Source: an uncultured Actinomycetota bacterium (GTDB lineage: Bacteria > Actinomycetota > Thermoleophilia > RBG-16-64-13). Taken from it: DNA of 64,000 nucleotides. Below the pieces are notes generated by a model, which worked only from the letters and a program-made list of their open reading frames with translations, had not been told where the DNA came from and did no database searches. The translations under genes were made by a program, and so were the position numbers. Below are positions 10,191 to 20,086 of the stretch, in pieces (the first letter of the stretch is position 1; each line of letters opens with the position of its first letter). Location of the stretch: NCBI GenBank assembly GCA_963843455.1, contig CAWJKE010000010.1, positions 71,442 to 135,441 on the forward strand, in the 5' to 3' direction.

Positions 10191-10529
10191 TTAGCCTCCT
10201 GCGATGGGTATGAATATGAGAATGTCATCGCCCTCGGCGACGACAGTGTCGCGTCCCTCGAGCACCGTGATATCCCGGCCGTTGACCATGATCCTCAGCG
10301 GCGCATGGGCGCTCTCTTCCTTGGGCGCGGCCAGGTACGACGCAAGCTTGGGGTCGCCGATCTCGATGAGACGGCCGAGCACGCCCTCGATTGTGGTCCC
10401 TCGAGGTACGGGCAGGTCTATCTGCTCCTTGCCCAGGAGCGTTCGGATCAGAGCGATACTGCGGACCCTGACGTTCAGCGTCGCGCCGGTGCCCGGGACA
10501 TGACTACCCGCGCTTTCGGTGTGCGTCAC
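10191..10529 (-). CDS. MoaD/ThiS-family sulfur carrier
   Basis: IMVNGR...EGDDILIFIPIAGG with C-terminal GG; follows aor. Confidence 0.85.
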   Translation of the reverse strand: MTHTESAGSHVPGTGATLNVRVRSIALIRTLLGKEQIDLPVPRGTTIEGVLGRLIEIGDPKLASYLAAPKEESAHAPLRIMVNGRDITVLEGRDTVVAEGDDILIFIPIAGG

Positions 10530-12401
10530 CTAAAGACCCAGGGCGTCTGCCGCGTAGCCCAGTCGCAGCTCTTCGAGCTTGGCCCGGGTCGGCACGCCCT
10601 CGCGGGTCCAGCCGCGAGCGTCATAGTACTCGTCGAGCATGAAGTCGAGATCCTTCTGGCTGATGAGCTCGCCTTTGGACGGACCGTCCGGGATAGGCTC
10701 GGTCTTGAGCCGTTCGGGGAGATCGTCGTCGGCTCGGGTGAAGCCGGCCAGCGTGTTGAAGACCCGCGCCAGGTTGTTGATGCGCTCGCCGACCTTATGC
10801 ACCTCTCCGGGGCCGTAGGTGAGACCGGTAGTCCCTTCCATGAGGTCGGCGGTGTTCTCGAACATGAAGTCGGCCACGGCCATGTCCATGAGGAACACAC
10901 ACATGGTGGGAGAGTCGGCCAGCGCGGTGCGCGCGTCCTGGTTCCACTTGGTAAGCCGGCCCTTGCCTTCGTAGGCCAGTCGATCGATGGGCTCGGGGAT
11001 GGGGATGCCGAAGATCTCTTGGAAGGCGTAGCCCTTGTTGTGGTCGGCCCCCGTGAAGGCGGTGGCAAAGTTGAGGCCATGAGCCTTGGCGCCGCGGACG
11101 TCGTACGCCGGAAGTTCGAGGCCCTTGACGTGCATGGCGTACTTCTCCGTTCCCTGGCCGATCTTCTCGGCCGCGACTTTGACGCCGTCGGCCAGCAGGT
11201 CGCCCAGGCCCTGACGCTCGCCGATCATGTGGAGCAGTCTGGTCATAGCCACGTCGTTGCCAAAGTGGAGGTCCAAGCCGCCTGTGTCTTCGAGGGTGAG
11301 GATGCCGCGCTCGAACAGCTCCATCGCGAAGGCGATGGCCACGCCGGCCGACATGGTATCGAGTCCCAGTTCGTCGGATATCCGATCACACGCGATGATG
11401 GCATCGGGGTTGTCCACGCCCGTCACGCCGCCAAACGAGTAGAGGGTCTCGTACTCCGGTCCTTCGGTGAAGAAACCGGCGTAGGGGCCTTCCTTGGCCA
11501 TGCGGAGCTGGCTGCAACCTACCGGGCAGCCGGCGCAGGCCGTCTTGCCCATGCCGTTGACCTCTATCGCGTACCCCCCGATCTTGTCGGCCGGGGTGAA
11601 GACGCCGGTGGCCGTCCAGTTCTTGGCCGGGTAGATACCCAGGGCTTGGGTCAGATCCAGTGTCGTCGAGGTGCCGTAGCGGGAGAACTCGGGATAGAGG
11701 ATGGGGCTCTTGCGCATCCCGGCCATCATCCGCTTGCGGGCCACGTCGTACTTCTGGCGGTCGGCGATGGCCATCTGGGTGTCGCCGCGAAGAGCGATGG
11801 CCTTGAGGTTCTTGCTCCCCATGACCGCGCCGAGGCCTTTGCGTCCGGCCACCCTGCGCTCGTTCACGATGCAGGCCATGCGCGAGAGCTTCTCGCCCGC
11901 CGGGCCGATGCAGCTGACGCGGATGTTCTGGTCGTGCAGTTCGTCCTTGATGACCAATTGGGTGTCGGTGCTCGTGAGGCCCCACAACTCTCTGGCGTCG
12001 CGGAATCTGACCTCACCGTTCTTGATCCACAGATAGGTGGGCTCTTCGGCTTTGCCCTCGATGATGATGACGTCGTAGCCGGCGCGCTTCATCTCGACGG
12101 GGAAGTGTCCGCCGGTGGTCGCCACTCCCATAGCGCCTGTCAATGGGGACTTGGCGTTGATGGCCATGCGGCTTGCGCACGGGACGGTGGTGCCGGTGAA
12201 GGGGCCCGGCGCGTAGATGAGCTTGTTCTCGGGGCCCAGCGGGTCGCAATCGGCTGGAACCTCGTCGTAGAGATACTTGACGGTCAAGCCCGAGCCGCCG
12301 ATGAAATCCTGCGCCACGTCGACGGGGAGGGGTTCCTCTTTGAAGGTCTTATCCGTCAGGTTGACCCTCAGAACCTTACCGGTATAGCCGCCTGTGTACA
12401 T
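10530..12401 (-). CDS. aor: Aldehyde:ferredoxin oxidoreductase (W/Mo)
   Basis: GYTGKVLRVNL, KSPLTG, CIGPAGE, GRKGLGAVMGSKNLKAI, CAGCPVGC, GPEYETL, DELGLDTMS, YYDARGW. Confidence 0.95.
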   Translation of the reverse strand: MYTGGYTGKVLRVNLTDKTFKEEPLPVDVAQDFIGGSGLTVKYLYDEVPADCDPLGPENKLIYAPGPFTGTTVPCASRMAINAKSPLTGAMGVATTGGHFPVEMKRAGYDVIIIEGKAEEPTYLWIKNGEVRFRDARELWGLTSTDTQLVIKDELHDQNIRVSCIGPAGEKLSRMACIVNERRVAGRKGLGAVMGSKNLKAIALRGDTQMAIADRQKYDVARKRMMAGMRKSPILYPEFSRYGTSTTLDLTQALGIYPAKNWTATGVFTPADKIGGYAIEVNGMGKTACAGCPVGCSQLRMAKEGPYAGFFTEGPEYETLYSFGGVTGVDNPDAIIACDRISDELGLDTMSAGVAIAFAMELFERGILTLEDTGGLDLHFGNDVAMTRLLHMIGERQGLGDLLADGVKVAAEKIGQGTEKYAMHVKGLELPAYDVRGAKAHGLNFATAFTGADHNKGYAFQEIFGIPIPEPIDRLAYEGKGRLTKWNQDARTALADSPTMCVFLMDMAVADFMFENTADLMEGTTGLTYGPGEVHKVGERINNLARVFNTLAGFTRADDDLPERLKTEPIPDGPSKGELISQKDLDFMLDEYYDARGWTREGVPTRAKLEELRLGYAADALGL

Positions 12402-12530
12402 GTTGCTCCTTGTCTCGCGAGGCGGGTGGCACCTCGGTCCCCCCGGTGGTACATACTCACATGGTTGTTGAGGAAAGGATACCAACCACGCTGGGAAGTT
12501 TCAGGGTAAGGGGCGACGTGTCTTCCCAAG

Positions 12531-12573
12531 AGAAACCGGCCCCGACCGCCATTCCGGGTGGTGGTCGGGGCCG
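12531..12573 (-). terminator. Rho-independent terminator after the truncated SBP gene
   Basis: Stem CGGCCCCGACC / GGTCGGGGCCG, followed on the minus strand by TTTCT. Confidence 0.55.
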
Positions 12574-12606
12574 AGTAACGCCCGACGTGACGCCGGGCCG
12601 GGGGGC

Positions 12607-13206
12607 CTAGGCTAGAGGCGCGGTCGTCTGCTCCACGGGAATGATCTCGTGGCCGGCGTTGCTGGTGATACGGAGCTCGAAGGGGTACTTCTCGCCCTTG
12701 ACCCACTGGCCGGCAGCGCATTCTGTCCGGTAGACGTTCGGGACCGGATGCTTGGTACCGGCGACCACCGGGATGGTGAAGTCGATCGGGCCAGCGAGGG
12801 TATCGAGCTTCATCGTGGACACTTGGGCGACGATGTCGGCCTTGTCGTCCACGTTCTTGGTCCGCTTGAGGGAGTCGGTCGCCATCTCAAACAGAGCGTA
12901 GTGGTACAGAGGCTGGCTCCACTGTTCACTGCTGCGCTTCGTGTACTCGTCGGCGAATTGCTGGCAGGTCTCCCCGGTCAGCGAAGACTTGAACGGGAAC
13001 GTCGGCGTCCAGTAGATGACCGTGGTGAGGCCGTAGCCGATGTCGCCCAGAGCCTGGACCGTCTGCCAGAATTGCAGAGCTTTGCCTACCGTCACAGCCT
13101 TCGGAGCGTAGCCCTGCTGCTTGGACTGCGTCCAGAAGTTGGTGAAGTCGGGGGCGCTCAACACGCCGGCGCAGATCTCGGCCCCGTCCTTCTTGAAGGT
13201 GGAGAT
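12607..13206 (-). pseudogene. 5'-truncated LivJ-type ABC substrate-binding protein (C-terminal ~200 aa)
   Basis: ISTFKKDGAEIC...PDFTNFWTQSKQQGY...GPIDFT...HPVPNVY aligns to the C-terminal half of 14158..15582; no signal peptide or N-terminal half. Confidence 0.7.
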
Positions 13207-13357
13207 CCCTCCACTCGGTGACATTCCCTGCCGGCCCGTCGAACAGGACCGAAACCACTGAAACAGAATAAAGATTCGCACCTCGCTAGTCAAGAGAAGA
13301 GAATGAGAACTAGCATTTCTTTTTATCTCTGTCGGAAAACGGCGATATAGTGCTTCC

Positions 13358-14008
13358 ATGGAAGAGCAACTGACGCCGTACAAGTCACCGCGACAGAAGC
13401 GCAGCCGGGAGTCCCTCGAGCGGCTACTGGCAGCGGCTGAAGACCAGATACGCCTCCACGGGGTCGAAGCGTTGACTATCAGCGGTGTTGTGAACAGCGT
13501 GGGTCTCTCGGTCGGCGCCTTTTACGCCCGTTTCCCGGACAAGACGGCCCTGATCCACGCCGTGCAGGACCGTTTCCACGGCCGGTTGGAACCTCGCATC
13601 CGGGAACAGATGCTCGCTGAGGCCGGCCCGAAGACCTCCCTTGCCGACGCACTCGACACGGCGGTCGACGTGTTGCTGCGCAACGTCGTCGGGGAACGGG
13701 AACTCTCCCGTGCGTTCATGAGCCTGTCGGTATCGGACCCCGTATTGCGCGCGCGAGGTGAGCTGGTCAACAGCCAGAGGCGAGAGACGTTCGGCGAGAT
13801 CCTGCTCGTCCACAGCGACGAGATAGGTCACCCGGACCCAAGTCTGGCTATCAGCGTCGCGTACGGGATGTACGCGGCGGTTGTGCGCGGCCGCCTGATG
13901 TTCGGTGCGGAGCACGAGTTGTACCACGAGATCGACAGCGCCACGCTTTATCGAGAGCTCAAGAAGGCTCTGACCCGCTACCTGCGAGGCGAGCCGGTCT
14001 GCATGTAG
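13358..14008 (+). CDS. TetR family transcriptional regulator
   Basis: PRQKRSRES...LTISGVVNSVGLSVGAFYARFPDK HTH. Confidence 0.92.
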   Translation: MEEQLTPYKSPRQKRSRESLERLLAAAEDQIRLHGVEALTISGVVNSVGLSVGAFYARFPDKTALIHAVQDRFHGRLEPRIREQMLAEAGPKTSLADALDTAVDVLLRNVVGERELSRAFMSLSVSDPVLRARGELVNSQRRETFGEILLVHSDEIGHPDPSLAISVAYGMYAAVVRGRLMFGAEHELYHEIDSATLYRELKKALTRYLRGEPVCM

Positions 14009-14078
14009 GTGACCTGTGCGGCTGAGGAGGCGCAGCGGGTGACGGTCCTCGCGCTACCGCGACAATAGTAGGAAGAAG

Positions 14079-14106
14079 AAGGAGCCCCGCGGAATCGGGG
14101 CTCCTT
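14079..14106. terminator. Bidirectional terminator between convergent tetR and SBP genes
   Basis: AAGGAGCCCCG / CGGGGCTCCTT perfect stem. Confidence 0.7.
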
Positions 14107-14157
14107 GTGTAGGTGCCGTTCAGGGCCGTGCCGGCCGCGCAGAGCGCGGCGCTAGGA

Positions 14158-15582
14158 TCAGGCGTACTGCATGAGCTGCACTTTGGCCGTCACCTCGAGA
14201 TCCGGGCTGTTGGCATTGCTGACCATCACGGGCTCGAAATCGAACTGCGTGCCCTTGATCCACTGCGCGCCGCCGACGGGCGGCTCGTATATGTTCTCGA
14301 CCGGATGCCTGGTGCCCATGGCGATGGGGGCGGTGAAGTCGATGGGCCCGACGCATGTGTCCAATTTGGTCGTCTTCACCTTGCCGATGATGTCCTCTTT
14401 GTCGTCGAGGTTGGTGACCCGCTTGAACACGTCCACGGCCCATTCGAACTTGGCATACTGGCCGATGGCGGCCGTCCATTGTTCGCCGGTCTTGGTCATG
14501 TAGTCCGCGGCCAACTGCTCGCAGGTCATGCCTGTGATGGAATCCGTGAACTTCCAGGAGGGAGTCCATATGCCTTCGACCGTCGAGTTGTATGCGATCG
14601 GACCGATGGCTTCCAGGGTCTGCGGGAAGAGCAGGGCCTTGCCCACCGTGAGCACTTTGGGATTGTAGCCCTGCTGGACCGACTGCTTCCAGAAGTTGGT
14701 GAAGTCCGGGGTAGTGATGGTGCCACAGCAGATCTCGCAGCCGTTCTTCTTGAAGTCGGAGATGTATTTGGTGAAGTCCTCCGTGGGCACCGTGTACAGG
14801 TCGCTGAGGAAGTACGTATACCCTGCCGCCTCGACCGCCGGCGGAAGCCCGGTCTTCATATCGGTCCAAGCCTGGCCGTCGGCATCGTTGGCGAAGATGA
14901 ACCCGACCTTCTTGTTCGTGGAGACTTGATCCCACATGGCGATGAAGTTGGCCACGATCTGTTCCAAGCCCAGCGCTTGCGCGTAGGTCCACTTGAACGG
15001 CTTGTCGGGGGCACCACCGCGGCCGAAGACGAACGGCTGCCAGGGCACAAAGTTCGAGATCGACGGCATCCCGAACGATTCACACGTATCGGCGACGGGG
15101 TTGGCGGTATCCGGGGTGCCCGACGCCATCATCAGATCGATCTTGTCGTTGTTGATGAGGTCGCCTGCCACCTGCGCGGCCCGCATGGGGTCGGACTGGC
15201 TGTCGGCCCGTTTGATCACGATCTTGTGCTGCTTGCCATCGCCGCCGACGAGACCGTCCGGCAGCGCCTTCATGCCGAAATCGACCCACCAATCGTCGGC
15301 CTTGGCGAAGTTGGCCAGCGGGCCGGTGCTGGGCGAGACCAGACCCAGGATGATGTCGCGGCCGGCTTCGGGGCCGGCGACGGTAGTTGTGGGCGCGGCT
15401 GTGGTGGTCGAAGCGGCTACGGTGGTAGTAGTGGTCGCTTGAGCCGTTGCGGTCGTCGAGGTCTCCGCGGTCCCGCCGCAGGCCGCGACAAGACCACCGA
15501 GACCCGCACCCACCCCGATCGTCGCCCCGGCCACCCCGGCGATCTTGAGAAAATCACGACGGCTTACACGCTTGTCTTCCAT
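14158..15582 (-). CDS. Tat-exported lipoprotein, branched-chain/aromatic ABC substrate-binding protein (LivJ-like)
   Basis: SRRDFLK Tat motif, LVAAC lipobox, Thr-rich linker, GLVSPSTGPLA, DSQSDP. Confidence 0.88.
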   Translation of the reverse strand: MEDKRVSRRDFLKIAGVAGATIGVGAGLGGLVAACGGTAETSTTATAQATTTTTVAASTTTAAPTTTVAGPEAGRDIILGLVSPSTGPLANFAKADDWWVDFGMKALPDGLVGGDGKQHKIVIKRADSQSDPMRAAQVAGDLINNDKIDLMMASGTPDTANPVADTCESFGMPSISNFVPWQPFVFGRGGAPDKPFKWTYAQALGLEQIVANFIAMWDQVSTNKKVGFIFANDADGQAWTDMKTGLPPAVEAAGYTYFLSDLYTVPTEDFTKYISDFKKNGCEICCGTITTPDFTNFWKQSVQQGYNPKVLTVGKALLFPQTLEAIGPIAYNSTVEGIWTPSWKFTDSITGMTCEQLAADYMTKTGEQWTAAIGQYAKFEWAVDVFKRVTNLDDKEDIIGKVKTTKLDTCVGPIDFTAPIAMGTRHPVENIYEPPVGGAQWIKGTQFDFEPVMVSNANSPDLEVTAKVQLMQYA

Positions 15583-15810
15583 CTATCCCCTCCTCCAGGA
15601 GCACACCTCGTAGCGGCCCATCAGCCTCGGTCCGCCCCACCATCCTAGCATCACAAAGGCCAGCGGGGAACCCGGTAAGTAAGCGCTCGCTCCGCTATTC
15701 CGAGACGCGCCTTGAGAGGATCCATTGAGCGGCGTTTAACAGATTCCTTATACAAATGAGGCTATACTCTCCGGCGCCGTCTTCAGAATGAACCATCAAG
15801 TGAGGTTTCT

Positions 15811-17089
15811 GTGACCAAGAGAATCCTGGCCGTCCTCGTGGTGCTGCTGCTGGCCGGAACGGTCGGCCTGGTGGCGGGCTGCGGCGGCAATGTGCCCAGC
15901 GGCGCCGTAGCCAAGGTCGGTGGCACCGCGATCACCCAAGAAGAGTTCGACCAGAGGATCGCCGATTTCGAGGCCCAGTACGCCGGACAGATCCCGGACA
16001 AGACGAGCGACCCTGCGGGCTACAAGCAGTTCCAGCAGGACGTCTTGGAGTACATGATCACCTACCAACTCGCCAGCCAGAAGGCGGAAGAGCTTAAGAT
16101 CACCGTGGCCGACGACGAGGTCCAGAAGCAGATCGACTCCGTCCTGGCAGACTCCTTTGCCGGGGACCAGGCCAAGTTCGACGATGCCCTCAAGCAGCAG
16201 GGCATCACGATGGACCAACTGAAACTGAGCTACAAGGAATCCATGCTCCTGCAGAAGGTCTACGACGAAGTCACCAAGGACGTCACCACCGTCGCGGACA
16301 ACGGAGATCCAGGCCTACTACGACGCGCACAAGACCGACTATTTCGCCCCCGAGACCCGGACGGCGCGGCATATCCTTCTCGCCCCCGACGCGGGCAGGG
16401 TGGACGGGACCACATCGACCACCTCGGCCAGTTCGACTACTTCGACCGCGGCCGGCTCATCGAGCACCGCCTCGTCCTCCACTACGACCACTGCCGCTCC
16501 GACCGACGCCGACTGGAATAGCGCGCTCACAACGGCGCAGAAGGTGCGGGCCGACCTCGTTGGCGGTGCCGACTGGACGGCCGAGGCGACAAGATACTCC
16601 GACGACCCGGGCTCAGGCGCAAAGGGGGGCGACCTGGGCGCCATAGCCAAAGGCGACATGGTCCAGGAGTTCGAGGACGCCGTGTTCTCGCTCAAGCTGG
16701 ATGAGATATCCCAGCCTGTGAAGACCGCGTATGGCTACCACGTCATCCAGGTCACCGGCATCACCCCCGCGAAGCAGTACACGCTCGACGAAATCAAGCC
16801 AGATCCAACAGCAACAGTTCCGGCAACGGTCAAGGAGCGGATCAAGACCACCCTTCTGGGTTCAGAGAAGAGCGAAACCTGGCGCAAATGGATCGAAGCG
16901 CAGAAAACGGCCGTCGGCGTGGCCTATCGCGATGACATGGCTACGACTACGACCACCTCGGCCGGCGCGGGAGCCACCACGACGGTGGCCCCATCGACAG
17001 AAACGACCGCCGCTCCCTCGTCGACGACGACCACCGCGGGCGCGACCATAACCACCGCGGCCCCGACGAGCACGACGGCCAAGCCTTAA
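15811..17089 (+). CDS. PrsA/SurA-type parvulin foldase lipoprotein (frameshift near 16300)
   Basis: LVAGC lipobox, VAKVGGTAIT, SurA-N helices. In the second frame: RTARHILL, YSDDPGS..GGDLG, MVQEFEDAVFSL, PVKTAYGYHVI. Confidence 0.85.
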
Positions 17090-17163
17090 CGCACACGAAG
17101 CCTCGTCCTCCAGGCACGGGGCGCCGGCGCCCGTAGTCTGGGCCGCGACCTGGTGAACCAGTG

Positions 17164-17200
17164 AAAAAGGGCCGGGGGTCTGAAACCCCCGGCCCTTTTT
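17164..17200. terminator. Bidirectional Rho-independent terminator
   Basis: AAAAAGGGCCGGGGGT-ctgaa-ACCCCCGGCCCTTTTT between convergent genes. Confidence 0.9.
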
Positions 17201-17263
17201 GTCGGCCGTGTTGCGCAGCGAGCGGCGCCCGCCAGGGCGCGCCGTGATCCGCTCAGGAGAGTC

Positions 17264-18046
17264 CTACTCGCCGGTCTCGAACCGGAAGGTCCCGTCCGGG
17301 TCGGTGATGGCCAGCAGGCGGACTATGCAGCCGTCGCCTTCGGGCCAGCGCCACGGAAAGCACATGAAGGTGCAGCGTTTGCCGGTCACCTCGTCCATCG
17401 CGCCGCCGGCGTTCTCGACACCCGGGATACCGCCCTTGACCATGAGGGTCTTGTGTGCCGATTCCCAATTGGGGAAGTCCTCGAGGGGATCGTGACCGTA
17501 CTTCTCTTTCCATTCTTCGATGAGGTGCGGGTGTGTGGGGCCAAGCCCATGGTTGACCAGTTTGGTGGCGATCGGGTGGTCGTTGGCCTGGCAGCCGTAG
17601 GCCACCATCTTGACCTTCTTGTCCACCAGCCACTGCGCGCCTTCCTGGTAGATGCCGCACCCGTAGGCGAAGTACTCGTCGGTGTCGGCCCAGAGGTGAT
17701 GGAAGCCGGTGTTGATGACGACGATGTCGCCTTCCTGGATCTTGGGAGTGGCACTCTCCAGATCCTCGGGAGTGATGATGCCCCACTTCTCTTTGGGGAT
17801 GGACACGCAGACCCCGGTGCCGAACAGCCGCCACAGCGGGTACTGGCCGATGGTGGGAGTGTTCTCGGTCACGTGGAGCGGGGCGTCCATGTGGGTGCAG
17901 CGATGCATGATGCCTTCCCACTGCACCTGGTAGACGCCGTCCTTCGCGTGGAACTTGTCGATGGACACGTTCACGCTCGGGGTCGATGGCCACTCGGGCA
18001 TGAACTGGGTGAACGTGTGCGTGAGGTCATATATCTTGAGGCTCAT
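17264..18046 (-). CDS. Cyclase / kynurenine-formamidase-like metallohydrolase
   Basis: IYDLTH, HRCTHMDAPLH, GDIVVINTG, IPGVEN, EGDGCIVR. Confidence 0.85.
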   Translation of the reverse strand: MSLKIYDLTHTFTQFMPEWPSTPSVNVSIDKFHAKDGVYQVQWEGIMHRCTHMDAPLHVTENTPTIGQYPLWRLFGTGVCVSIPKEKWGIITPEDLESATPKIQEGDIVVINTGFHHLWADTDEYFAYGCGIYQEGAQWLVDKKVKMVAYGCQANDHPIATKLVNHGLGPTHPHLIEEWKEKYGHDPLEDFPNWESAHKTLMVKGGIPGVENAGGAMDEVTGKRCTFMCFPWRWPEGDGCIVRLLAITDPDGTFRFETGE

Positions 18047-18074
18047 GGCTCGGTCCTTTCGGCTCCGCGGGTGA

Positions 18075-18881
18075 TCAGTTGCCGGGCTCGATGCGGCAGG
18101 TGCCGCTCGGGTCGATCATGCCGACCATCCGCACCTGGCAGGCGTCGCCGTGCTCGAACTTCCAGGGCGTGGCGGCGAGGGTGGCGCGCTTGCCCTTGAG
18201 GACGTCCACGTCGCCACCCACCTGTTCTACGACCGGGACGCCGGCGCCAAGGATCGTCCGCCCCGCGATGTTCCACTCAGGGTGCTCTTTCTTAGGATCG
18301 AGGCCGGTCGCCTTCACATATTCACCGTTGAGGCGCTTCATCTGCGGGCCGCCGCGATGGCCGGCCATGGAAGTGGCCATGGGATGGTCGATGAACGGGG
18401 TGTCGATGGCCACCATCTTGGGCCTCATTGACACGAGCCACTCGGCCGATTCCTTGGAGAGACCCGGCGCTTCGCCGTAGTACTCGAGTGCATCGGAATA
18501 CTTGTGGTGCCAGCCTGTCACGATGACCACGATGTCGCCCTCTTTGACGCCCGGCTTGGCGTTCTTGAGATCGGCCACGGTGATGACTTCCCAGGGCTTC
18601 TTGGGGACGTCGAGGACGCAACCGTTGCCGAAGAGAAGATCGGGGGAGATGGCTGCCAGGTCGGCACCCTTTTGGATCATGTGGAGGGGAGCGTTCATGT
18701 GAGTGCCGGTGTGCATCACTGTGGTGATACGCCAGGCGAGGACACCGTGTTGGGCGTGCTTGACAGCTCGGTGCATCTTGACATCGGTCTGGCCGGGATA
18801 GGAGGGTGCCCCGTGACCCCAGACGTGGCTCAACTCGACCATCTGAAGCCCGCTGGCGGGATCAATGGTGACGTTCGACAT
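18075..18881 (-). CDS. Cyclase / kynurenine-formamidase-like protein
   Basis: VELSH, HTGTHMNAPLH, GDIVVIVTGW, IDTPFIDHP, HGDACQVR. Confidence 0.85.
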   Translation of the reverse strand: MSNVTIDPASGLQMVELSHVWGHGAPSYPGQTDVKMHRAVKHAQHGVLAWRITTVMHTGTHMNAPLHMIQKGADLAAISPDLLFGNGCVLDVPKKPWEVITVADLKNAKPGVKEGDIVVIVTGWHHKYSDALEYYGEAPGLSKESAEWLVSMRPKMVAIDTPFIDHPMATSMAGHRGGPQMKRLNGEYVKATGLDPKKEHPEWNIAGRTILGAGVPVVEQVGGDVDVLKGKRATLAATPWKFEHGDACQVRMVGMIDPSGTCRIEPGN

Positions 18882-20052
18882 CTTCAGCGCTCCTTGTGGG
18901 GATGAGAGGTACCGGTCAGTGATACCCAGAAAACGAAACGAGTATACCAGAAGTGGTTATCACCCTGTGAGCAGGGCGGCTGGTGCGGTATCATCTCCCA
19001 GGATAAGGAGTACTGTGCAACAAACATACTTGCGGCCTCGGTCAGAGGCTCGTTCATACTCGTTCGGTGACCAGCCCCGGGGCGCAGATCTCGCGCTCGA
19101 TTCGAGCGCTACGCGCCGCTGGCATTTCTGGCTCGCCCGGTTTGGCCTACTCGGCGCTCTGCTGGCCATCCTCCCCTTGCTTCGTGACGCCTCCGGCAAC
19201 GTCCAGGGTCGCGAGTTCCTCACCATGTTCACCCTGGCAGTCACCGTGCTGTGCACCGTCTTCCTGATCTGGGCCCACGAAACGATCACCAAAGAGGGCA
19301 AAGAGCCTCGAACGCAACTGATGAGAGCGGTCCTGACGTTCGGTGCATCGTGCGTCGCCGTCGGGGAGTTCATGATCGGGACGCAGGCGGATCCGACTCA
19401 CGCTCAGACCAAGGTCAGCCCGGCGGACCGCTCGCTTCCGGCACTACTCGACAGCGCCTCCGGTCTGGCCATCCACCACGATCACGTGGGCCTGCTCCCC
19501 CGGTTCTCGGCGAAGATGACGGGGGCGGCGCAGGCCCCGGTGAGCCTGATCTTCCTTGGCAGCGGCAGCGAACTGCTCGAGGCCTTCGCCGCCGGCGGGT
19601 GGCACGTGGCCGAACGGATCACGCCGCGCACGGCGTTGCGCGCATTCGGCCGCGGCGTGCTCAACCGGCCGTACCACTGCGCTCCCGTGTTTCCCAGTTT
19701 CCTCGACGGCAACCTGCACGACGTGGCCTTCCAGCAGACCAACCCCGGCGGTTCTTCCCGCCGTAGGCATCACGCCCGTTGGTGGCTCACGGACTTCACT
19801 TGCGAAGGCAAACAAGTGTGGGTCGCCACGGCTTCGTACGACGCGGGAGTGGGTGTCGGCCGTCTGTTCCCGATGCCCATCCACCACATCGATCCCAACA
19901 TCGACGCCGAACGAGACTACATCTCGCGGTCCCTGGTCGCTACCGGCCTGGTCCGGGTGACGCAAGAGGTGCGCGTTACGGAGCCTATGACCGGCCGCAA
20001 TGCGGCCGGCGATCACTTCTACACGCAGGGCATGGCCTTCGTACTAGCGTAG
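18865..20052 (+). CDS. LssY C-terminal domain membrane protein (start uncertain)
   Basis: Three TM segments, then APVSLIFLG, YHCAPV, DVAFQQ, RRHHARWW, WVATASYDAG, HHIDPNIDAERD, AGDHFYTQG. Confidence 0.7.
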   Translation: MVTFDIFSAPCGDERYRSVIPRKRNEYTRSGYHPVSRAAGAVSSPRIRSTVQQTYLRPRSEARSYSFGDQPRGADLALDSSATRRWHFWLARFGLLGALLAILPLLRDASGNVQGREFLTMFTLAVTVLCTVFLIWAHETITKEGKEPRTQLMRAVLTFGASCVAVGEFMIGTQADPTHAQTKVSPADRSLPALLDSASGLAIHHDHVGLLPRFSAKMTGAAQAPVSLIFLGSGSELLEAFAAGGWHVAERITPRTALRAFGRGVLNRPYHCAPVFPSFLDGNLHDVAFQQTNPGGSSRRRHHARWWLTDFTCEGKQVWVATASYDAGVGVGRLFPMPIHHIDPNIDAERDYISRSLVATGLVRVTQEVRVTEPMTGRNAAGDHFYTQGMAFVLA

Positions 20053-20086
20053 ACCCGGCCGCGCCGGCCTCACTGCCGGCGGCAGC

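Noticed and set aside
16400-17080. ACC/ACG-rich tracts as tandem repeats or a CRISPR array
   Set aside because: They encode Thr-rich linkers. No fixed-length repeat-spacer structure was seen anywhere in the window.
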